Assembly (NCBI RefSeq): GCF_001194135.2 | Contig: NC_069003.1 | Coordinates: 28,934,403-28,983,622, forward strand | Source of the DNA: Octopus bimaculoides | Lineage: Eukaryota | Direction of reading: 5' to 3' | Length of the DNA stretch: 49,220 nucleotides | In this document: positions 11,740 to 20,780 of the stretch, piece by piece | Layout: the number at the start of each line of letters is the position of its first letter | How positions within the stretch are numbered: the stretch's first letter is position 1 | The notes under the pieces: generated by a model | Told to the model about the DNA's origin: nothing | The model's input: only the letters and a program-made list of their open reading frames with translations | The model's database searches: none | Made by a program: the position numbers and the translations under genes

Positions 11740-11871
11740 GGTCGATAACATCGACGAAAGTGTTTCACTAGGACGTCATTCATCGATCCCGAAAGGTTGA
11801 AAGACAAAGTCGACCTCGGCAGAATTTGAACTCAGAACATAGTAACGAGTGAAATACCGCTAAGCATTTCG
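11740..11871 (-). mobile_element. CORE-type SINE family A fragment
   Basis: Plus strand CGATCCCGAAAGGTTGAAAGACAAAGTCGACCTCGGCAGAATTTGAACTCAGAAC...AAATACCGCTAAGCATTTCG is the reverse complement of the 18809-18927 copy. Confidence 0.85.
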
Positions 11872-12379
11872 ACTTTGCCTTTCATTTATCCCTTCCCTAC
11901 GAAATTCCTGTCCTTCTGCCAAAATTTGAAACCAGTATTACATCAATGTTAGGAATGTTATGTTAGGAATCGGTTGTTGGTGACTATCAGGCTCAACTTT
12001 TAGTGTTATCTGGTGAGTTGTGCTGCTAAAAACGCAGAAGGATTAATAAAGCTATGTTCAAGGCTGGGCAACTCGTTATAAGTTCAACGTTGTACTATCG
12101 AAGTATGTGGATAGAGAAGACCACTACATAGAGATGGACCTAAGAAGTGAGGATCCCTTAGATTTAATTACAGTAATCATTTAGGCGATGTAAAGTCCTC
12201 AGTATCTTGAGTGTTGCTTTGTTCGGCAAAGTCTAGGAGAAGGAAGATTTTATATAAAACCTCGGATCGTCGCTCTCATTAATCATCTTGTCTATGCTCT
12301 GTACAAGCGCTTGTCAACATAATCTCTACGAGTTACACTTAGATTTAGACATTGCAATATATTATATTCTTTATACAGG

Positions 12380-12726
12380 TACTACTGAGCATCAGGCTAT
12401 TTGTAGTGTATAAAACAGCATAGGTACCTTTCTTACTACTGGTGTTTCAAATAGTCTTGCTGACGTTTGCTTGGTGAAGTTTGCAGTTGGAAATGTAATC
12501 ACTGACGTTCAGATTAAGCAACGAGAGATTTATCTTAAACGCATTTTATTTGATCTTAGCAGTTAGAAAAATTGGTTATAATCCCTTGTAACTGAAGAGA
12601 ATTATTTAAAGAGAACACTTATTGATAATTGATTACATAGAGGAAACTGGAAATGATTTGCAAATATTGCTTGGACCAGAAGACCGGCGGTATATTGTAG
12701 CAGATAGCTCATCATTTCAAACAGGA
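12380..12726 (+). repeat. Unclassified diverged repeat, copy 1 (inverted partner at 14298-14640)
   Basis: 12486-12563 aligns ungapped with the reverse complement of 14455-14532 at 66/78 nt; weaker similarity extends on both sides. Confidence 0.75.
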
Positions 12727-12925
12727 GTAGAAAATGCTAAGATATTACAAAATCAGATGGCGTATATACGAATGTATTGTTAATTATGCGAACCATCTTG
12801 GGTATGTATAAATAAATAAGATATTTATACGTACCTATGTTTATTTCTCTCAGTATGCCTTACCGATCAGGAAAATTTATTAGACTAATCCAGAAATTGA
12901 CCTATTCAAGGTTAACTATTTCATG

Positions 12926-12928
<3 letters not shown>

Positions 12929-13005
<77 letters not shown>
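12929..13005. repeat. (TA)n microsatellite
   Basis: Uninterrupted TA tract of about 76 bp. Confidence 0.95.
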
Positions 13006-13008
<3 letters not shown>

Positions 13009-13322
13009 TGTATATACACATGTATAAGTATGTACGTGCATATATCTATGTATATATGTATACATATATATTATTTATATCATTATATGATCGAACGTCA
13101 CGCATCCTTTTAAAAGTACGTTTTACCTTAATAATTCTGATGCGCACTCTACAATTATTTCTAGCCATCCAGTTTAAACACTACGTGTTAACCTACATCC
13201 AACGCTACTCTATTATTCTTTATCATTTGGCACGTCATCTGCAAAGAAATTTCAGCCACGACAAGGAAACGGCTTGTTCATCTTTTGTCTAACAGTAAAA
13301 CAAATTGCTGTGTGTCAATTCA

Positions 13323-13576
13323 ATTTAATTAAAATGAAAATTGGTAATTTCTAGACAGATAACAAAAAGGAAATAGATGTATTACACAACGAAAGAAATA
13401 TGAAAGTTATCTTGGCTTAAATGTTACATACTGTCTTGGAGATAGAATGGAAACAGAAGTTTAAAATCACATTTCATGATAATTTGAGCGCAATATGTTT
13501 AATCGCACGTACACATTTTTTCATTAGTTACTCTTTTGTTTTTTATTTAATTAAAACGAAAATTGTTAATTTTTAG
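13323..13576. repeat. 32-bp direct repeat pair 222 bp apart
   Basis: ATTTAATTAAAATGAAAATTGGTAATTTCTAG (13323-13354) vs ATTTAATTAAAACGAAAATTGTTAATTTTTAG (13545-13576), 3 mismatches. Confidence 0.7.
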
Positions 13577-13641
13577 GAGTATTACAAATTTTGAAATAAG
13601 AGAGACTGAAGAAATTTTAGGAAGATATTTTAGCTTAATAC

Positions 13642-13809
13642 TTTTGTATAACTTTGATAAATTAAGAAATGGATGACTGGATGCTTTTACACCATTTCAT
13701 TGCCTCCGGAATAATATCAATGTTTCTTCGCAACATATGTCGGAAGTATAAAGATTTGAATAACACCTGCGTTTGACTCCATTTCTTAATTTATCTAAGT
13801 TATACAAAA
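13642..13809. repeat. 32-bp inverted repeat (31/32) with 104-nt spacer; possible small MITE
   Basis: TTTTGTATAACTTTGATAAATTAAGAAATGGA (13642-13673) and TCCATTTCTTAATTTATCTAAGTTATACAAAA (13778-13809). Confidence 0.85.
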
Positions 13810-14297
13810 ACATTTCCCTTAACCCTGGAATTTCTACCTTTATAAGTAGGCAGTAACCTTGGTACTTATGTGATTTGTTCCTATCCTGGTAGTTACATTT
13901 ATATATATATATATATATATATACAACCATATAAGTTGTATATATAGATATACATGTATACACACATATATCTCACTACACGCATATACATGCATACGTC
14001 ATCCAGATTCAATATCTGCTATCTGGACTTTATATAACGCTGCTGTTTGCTTCCTCATCTCTCCGTCTGCCACCTGAAAAGAAACTCAAGCACAATACCA
14101 TTTCAGTTATCTAACCATGTATTGACAAAGTTCACTAGTATTGCTCATTCATCGGCCAAGATCTGCTACAACAAATGCAACTAGTTACTCTTACAGGCTC
14201 TATTAGATTACTTATCCTCTAACAACGTTTGCATATTCATCAGCGCCTCCTTAGACGGGCTATTCGTTTTCTGATGTTTCAACATTTTTTCTCTTGT

Positions 14298-14640
14298 TCT
14301 TGTTTGAAACGAACAGTTATTTGCTGCATCCATCCATCTGGCTTTTGATGCAGATAATGCTTGAAAGTCGTTTCTAATTTTCTCTTTCTAGTATCATAGT
14401 GTGCAGCCTTTGAATAAGGCTGTTCAGTTATAAGGGATTACACTTAATTCTTCAACTGCTAACATCAAAGAAAATGTTTTGAAGATATATCTCTTGCTGC
14501 TTAATCAGCAACTCAGTGATTACATTTCCAACTGTATTCTTCGCCGAGAAAACATCATAAAACCACTTTGAAAGATCACTGTTGATAAATGTAGTGGCAT
14601 TATGCTCTTCCTTATACAGTACTTCAAAATTCAGTGGTTC
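14298..14640 (-). repeat. Unclassified diverged repeat, copy 2
   Basis: Contains most of ORF 14452..14676, whose VGNVITELLIKQQEIYLQNIFFDVSS* matches VGNVITDVQIKQREIYLKRILFDLSS* at 12486 (18/26 aa). Confidence 0.75.
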
Positions 14641-14701
14641 AATCATGAAAAATATACTGATTTCATATTTTAGCACAAGGCCAGTAATTTTGGTAGTAAG
14701 T

Positions 14702-14858
14702 CAATCACATCGACGCTGGCTCTTCACTGGTACTTATCCTAGCGACGCCGAAAGAATGACAGGCAAAAGCGACCTCTGTCGAATCTGAACTAAGAACGTA
14801 AAGACAGAATGCTAGACACCATTTCGCTCATCACGCTAACAATTCTACCTGCTCACCG
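14702..14858 (-). mobile_element. CORE-type SINE family A copy
   Basis: CACTGGTACTTATC...GCCGAAAGAATGACAGGCAAAAGCGACCTCTGTCGAATCTGAACTAAGAACGTAAAGAC...CGCTAACAATTCTACCTGCTCACCG, the reverse complement of the family A layout. Confidence 0.8.
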
Positions 14859-15028
14859 ATCTATGAAAAGTATAATATATTGGCATGTTTGAATCGACCT
14901 GTACCCTGTAAAGATTATAGAAATAGTGGTTGTACAAGTGAGAGCGATAGCAATCGCTTGCTCCTATTTGTCTTAAAGGAAAATAGATCTTTTGTTTATG
15001 AATTTATTACAAAGAAAATTCATAATAA

Positions 15029-16211
15029 TACTGGTCAACAAAAAAAAAAATCATTTTTCTGGTATAGAATCTTAGACTAATTTTCCAAGACCGACCTCAG
15101 ATTTGATCTATCGCATCACATCTTTGTGCCATCAGTATATACATTTATTTACCTGAAGCACATCAAAGCTTTACTTTGCATCACAATTTGTGGGAATTTT
15201 GACTGGATTGTGATGATAATTTTGAATAATATGTTGAAGCAGAGTTTTGTTTTAAAACCCTATCTCTTCTTTTCCGGTGTGACCTGAACCACTCTGATCT
15301 TGTTATGGATACAACATCAAAAGGAAGGACGTGCTGTAATGACCCGCATATTTCTATTATATCTGTGGGAACTTTACTCTGCAGACTGAAAGGCGCATCA
15401 TTAATAACTTTACTTACTTTAAGATAACGATTGGCGACCAGGACAAAACCTGGGCTCCCCACAAACTTTGCAAAACCTTTGTTGAAAGTTGGTGGGATGA
15501 AGCAGTTCTTCAAAGCTCACGGTGAAGACTGCTTCATACATATATATATANNNNNNNNNNNNNNNNNNNNNNNNNNNNNNNNNNNNNNNNNNNNNNNNNN
15601 NNNNNNNNNNNNNNNNNNNNNNNNNNNNNNNNNNNNNNNNNNNNNNNNNNNNNNNTATATATGTACAATCCATTCCAAAATTGTGACGAGAAGAAGGAAG
15701 GAATATTTGATGGACCTCAAATAAAAACACTCCTCGGGGATCCGTATGTTGTTACACCAATGAAGGCGGCGGAGGCTAGAGCTTGGAAGTCCTTCTCTGA
15801 TATTGTGCACAATTTCTTTGGAAACGGGAAAGCTGATAACTATCAAGAGATTGTGGAGGATCCGCTCTTGAGTTTACAAACACCTGGATCTAGAATCAGC
15901 ATTAAATTGCACTAGTTACGCTGTCACTTGGGTTTCCAGCGAACGTGGATTATGTTAGTGAAGAACAAGGTGAACACTTTCACGAAGACGTAAAAGTGTT
16001 GGAGAAACGCTACCAGGCCCGATGGGGCTGAAACATGATGGCAGATTACGGCTGGATCTTGATAAGAAACATTCCAGAAGCGGTTCATAAGAGATCGTCA
16101 AAAAAGGCAGAATTGTCAACAAATATAAAATTGTTAAAAGTTTGAAGTATCTTAGAACTCGTAAGAATGCAATTCACTGCATTTTATCAGAAATGAAAAA
16201 TTCGTCCAGTA
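15029..16211 (+). mobile_element. Internally deleted, frameshifted Chapaev3-type (CMC superfamily) DNA transposon remnant
   Basis: N-terminal CCNDP..YYICGNFT...IGDQDKTWAPHKLCKT (15305-15485) joins directly to MKQFFKA..CF..YIC..KEGIFDGPQI..EARAWKSF..FFGNGKADNYQEIV..SIKLH..VSEEQGEHFHEDVKVLEKRYQARW..MMADYGW. Weak inverted ends: TACTGG at 15029 and CCAGTA ending at 16211. Family name is from recalled motifs. Confidence 0.8.
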
Positions 16212-16659
16212 GCCAAAAGGTTGTAAATATACAATCCTGGGCGCCCATTGACGAGACGCTGTAAAAGGATTTCTTAAAGATTCGAAGATGGCGCAACATA
16301 CTTGAACTAGTAACAACTTTATATTTGTAAACATCTGGATGTTGAGCTTATATTTTGTATATTACTTCTCGGTATGTTTCCTTTCTTACTGGTTCGAAGA
16401 TGACAAAACGTATTTGGCTTAGTAACACGTTTATATAAATATTCAATGTTTAACCTGGTAACCAGTATATATAAATATTGAATGTATTTGTAGTGTCATT
16501 ACGTTATCTAAGAAATGATATCCTATACGGTGGCAATTTTTCCACATTCTTATTCTGACTGGCTGAATGTTATCATTATATCAAGGGTGTATGTACACAA
16601 AATCCTTTCCCACTTCACCAAGAAACCCCTTTATACGCAGATTATTATACTATGGCTAG

Positions 16660-16664
16660 CATAT

Positions 16665-16713
<49 letters not shown>

Positions 16714-16734
16714 TAAGTGTGTGTGTATGCATGA

Positions 16735-16798
<64 letters not shown>

Positions 16799-16799
16799 T
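16660..16799. repeat. Compound microsatellite (TA)n-(CA)n-(TG)n-(GA)n
   Basis: Direct reading. Confidence 0.9.
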
Positions 16800-17576
16800 C
16801 AGACAGCAAGAAAGGTAGAGAGAAGTACTGGGAAAATAGAATTGTCGATAATTTGAGTCAAGAAGCAGAAAAGTAAATTCCACGTGATCTGCACAGTCGT
16901 TTCGTCAGGAAAGTGGACGATACCGTTAAGCAAGGGCAAGAGGGCTGTACAAAATAGAAAGACATGAACAGAGCCATATGTGTACGGTCGAAGGTCTTGT
17001 CAACATTATCAAAACTTAAGATAAAATGTCTAATTTCTTTTTTGTTATTTCTGAAATCTCTGCCATTTAGCTTTTTTTTATGACCCTATAGATTATCCAT
17101 TTTCGTTTTTAATCAGTTGGAAACAAAACAATAAGAGCTGAATACAGGCTACACAAAACGTGAACGCTGGAATTATGAAATGTGATTTTATACCAATGTG
17201 TTTAGATTCAAAATTCAAAGACAAAGACAAGATGATTATTAGTTTTGCTATGTCTCTTGTGTGTTAGCTATCAACGTTATGTTATCTTTATACAAATTAT
17301 TAATTCTCTTTTTAATGAAATGGAAGCGTAAAACAACCATTTTATTGTTATATGAAATATGAGCCGTCTCACTCCCATCACACTCAGAGAAAGTTGTTTA
17401 AGTACCTTTTGATAACTGTACTTTGTTAGTATCCGTCTATACACGTATATGTACCAAGTCAATGATATGCGTGTACAGGTATATTGAGTAACAAATTAGT
17501 ACTATTTGTATTACTAGTTTAGTATAACTTATTTTATATCCGGGCTTTAGTCGACTAGGAGGGTCACCCTTTCGGG

Positions 17577-17833
17577 CAATGCTTCTCGATTATATCTTTG
17601 CTTCTATGGACTCTCTTGATTATTATTTTATTCGGATGGACCCTCATAGCCATTCACATACTTAAAAAAACAACATATTTTTTATAATTAAATATTATTA
17701 GGAATTGTATACAAATAATTTGTTAAAATATTATGTGTATTGTAGAAGCATAACAAATTTATTGCACATAGACTTTAACTATTAATCATACGCAGACCCC
17801 TAAAGGTCATTGGACCCCAGTTGAGAACCACTG
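17577..17833. mobile_element. hAT (Charlie-like) MITE, diverged copy
   Basis: Right end GTTGAGAACCACTG and left end CAATGCTTCTCGAT (decayed TIR). Internal TATTTTATTCGGATGGACCCTCATAGCCATT matches the reverse complement of the 19019-19355 element. No intact 8-bp TSD. Confidence 0.7.
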
Positions 17834-18808
17834 TTCATGGTTAATGTATTAAAGTGAGTTTATAGAAACAACGACGGATTATCTCATGACACTTAAAGGT
17901 TGATGTGTCTGCTATGTTAGCAAAGACATATAGGGATTGTGAAGAACTCAGCATATGACTCGATCGTGTTATTAAACAGCTCGAAAATGATTGACTCTTA
18001 ATTTTAGATACAACTTTCATTTAGATGTTAAAAGCCTAAGTTTAAGCCCCGCCATCGCTAATATTGGAGTTCCCTTCGTTGGCTACAAATAGGTGAGGGA
18101 TAATTTTATATAAATACACCAACGGATGATCTCATTAGTAATCTTCATTACTTCTAACCGCGCCTGTCACCCTAAACACTACGAAACACAGATATATTCA
18201 ACCGTTGCAATATGTTGTTGTTTTCATAATTTAACATCGAATTATTTTGTAATGTGTAAAGCAAAATAGCTACTTCCGTCAATACTGATCCTTGAATGCT
18301 GATCGATAGTGTTGCTTGGATAAGCAAGCAGTCGGAAACATAGCAACAGAGCTGCACATTAAGCAGCAAGAGATTTAACTTGAAATTAATTTCTTTCATC
18401 TTTGCCGTTAGAAGGATTGGTTATAATCCTTTCTAACTGAGTAGCTTTATTTAAAGGGAGCACTGATGACTAAGTTACTAGGGAGAAGAAAAGACTAGAA
18501 ATAATTCCGAAGATTTGCCCGCACCAGACGCCGGACAGTTTAAAGCGGCAGACATTTCTTCCCATGAAACAGCCAAAGAAATCTGAATTCTTAATAAAAC
18601 TAATGGCACATCTACAAATCTGCTTTTATAACGAATCATGCAAAATATTAAAAAGGTGACGAGCCCTGAATAGCAATTTGGTTTCGTTGCAGCATTTAGA
18701 TAAGCGAAGATTAGGTAACTGAAATTGGTGAAACGGTTTCCAACCAGAGTTTATTCTGAGCGAACAAGCCGACGGACGAGGAACGAAAGAGTGGCATTCA
18801 AGCATAGA

Positions 18809-18927
18809 AGGCTGCGAGCTGGCAGAACCGTTAGCACGCCGGGCGAAATGCTTCGCGGTATCTCGTCTATTTTTACCTTCTGAGTTCAAATTCAGCCGAG
18901 GTCGACGTTGCCTTTCATCCTTTCGTG
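18809..18927 (+). mobile_element. CORE-type SINE family A, 5' part
   Basis: GGCTGCGAGCTGGCAGAACCGTTAGCACGCCGGGCGAAATGCTTCGCGGTATCTCG...GAGTTCAAATTCAGCCGAGGTCGACGTTGCCTTTCATCCTTTCG: A/B-box-like head plus CORE-like GCCTTTCATCCTTTCG. Confidence 0.85.
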
Positions 18928-19018
18928 GGAAATAATTTTCTATAAATGTTTCACAAGAAAAAATGATTGAATAATAAAGTATTCGTTGTCCATAGTTCAA
19001 TACGATTGTCATGCAGCA

Positions 19019-19355
19019 CAGTGTTTCTTAACTAGGTTGCATCTGACCCCTGGGGGCCCATTTAAGATTTAGTAAGAATAGTAAAATTGCTTTAGATATA
19101 TCTATTGCATGAAAAAGCTAGGTTTCTTTCTCAAATGTTTAGCATAGTTTAACACGTTTCCAGCCATTGAAGCAATTTCTCGTAGAGAGAATTATTGCAA
19201 ACCTACGCAAATTAATGTGTGAAACACAAAATAGAAAATTTAAAATAAGTATCAATAAAACTATTTTTTTTAAGCATCCAGTGGTTATGGAGATCCACCA
19301 GAATAAAATAGAGGTCAAAGGGGTCCACATGAAAACAAATTGTTGAGAACCACTG
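19019..19355. mobile_element. hAT (Charlie-like) MITE with 14-bp TIRs
   Basis: CAGTGTTTCTTAAC at 19019 and GTTGAGAACCACTG ending at 19355 (12/14 inverted match); subterminal GGGGGCCC/GGGGTCC blocks. Flanking 8-mers ATGCAGCA and GTTTGGCC do not match. Confidence 0.8.
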
Positions 19356-20708
19356 GTTTGGCCCAAGGTCAGCGTCCACTGAACATACATTCAAATTCTT
19401 CTTCCATAAATATCCCGTTCGTCTTCGGAACACTTAAATCTAATGTTGTAATATGATTCTTACATATTTTTTCTGAATATATTAGGGTATATGACCATTT
19501 AATCATTACCAATTATATAAATCAGGTGATCACATTCCTCTGTATGGACTTTGTCTATAGTTTGTGAATGAGGGGCATTTATTTCCAACACTCTCATTGA
19601 GCATTCGAAAAATAAAAAGCATATCATAAGAATCCAGACTGTTTTTCTGATATATAAATTTAACAGCAAATTTGGTGTTACATAACTTTTGAAAATCATG
19701 TGTAAGTTTAAAATTGCTTGCTATTTGGAACAAGTGGAGCAAAGAAATAGGGATTCCAGTTTTGGCCCGGGAATTACGAGCATTTATTTCCACAATAGGT
19801 ATGAAGGGCTCCTTTCATAGAAATCACATATTTTTGCAGATTCTATTTAAGTAGCATTTGTTTATTACTTGTAGTGTTGCATATTACGTATGTTATATAT
19901 AGCTCATAAAAACGTCATGTTTTGGTTAATTTAATCCAAATACTAACTATTCGGAGCAGAAGGAGTAACGAAATAGGAGTTTGTGATGAGGCTTTTAAAT
20001 GCTATGGGTATTCTCAACTCATTACGGTTATGAAGATGCTATATGTCTCGAAAATAAATATTATCTTGATATAAACATCTGTATTTATCACAAGTAAACA
20101 CATACATTTGTACAATTTTGCTAATGTTCGTGAAAGAAAACAGAAAAAAATGAATATAGCGTTAAGGCATACAGGTTCGCAGAAGAATTTATTAAACAGG
20201 GTTGTACCATGAGATATTCCAGAAGATTATCGCATGGCTTATACAAATAACGATACGTCCATGGTATAAGGATAAAAAGACGGTTCTCTATTGAGTATTC
20301 AACAAATTCAGGATTAATTTTGTATTTCGAAGGATAAATGAATGAGAGGTAATAATAATGATTCTAGAAGATGTGGCAATATTCTAATGCCATTCGTACA
20401 TGATACCATCTTACACTAATTTGTAAATAAATACCACCCTCACTTTCTCTCTCTTGCTCTCCTTCCCCCTCTCTCTCTCTTTATCTCTCTCTCTCTCTCT
20501 GCACATACATAAACATGGAAATAAATACACACACATACACGCATGTACTGTTCTTTGTACAAAAATTATATTGATAGTAACATGGAAGTTGAATCCAGTT
20601 GACTAATCAATAATCTTGTGTAAGAATAATAAACAAGCATTCTACAAAGGTGTAGAGTAACCAATCAGATTAACAGAAAATTGCTTCTATTACAGCTGAA
20701 CATTTAAA

Positions 20709-20780
20709 CTATAGCTTCGGACTGACCAAAGTCGTGTGAGCGGAATTGATTGACAGAAACTGAGAGACGACCTTCATATA
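20709..20780 (+). mobile_element. SINE family B internal fragment running into (TA)-rich tract and gap 20864-21672
   Basis: CTATAGCTTCGGACTGACCAAAGTCGTGTGAGCGGAATTGATTGACAGAAACTGAGAGACGACC, homologous to 23490-23550. Confidence 0.65.

Noticed and set aside
12050-12320. GWATRYKFNVV...YLECCFVRQ as a viral RdRp/endogenous viral element
   Set aside because: No GDD or other ordered polymerase motifs, and there are internal stops; open stretches of this length are expected by chance.
18626-19012. 128-aa ORF on the minus strand
   Set aside because: Its central part is the antisense of a family A SINE; no protein family signal.
19499-19699. RVLEINAPHS resembling the HSP90/HtpG LEINPxH motif
   Set aside because: Short match with no surrounding similarity and no credible acceptor site.
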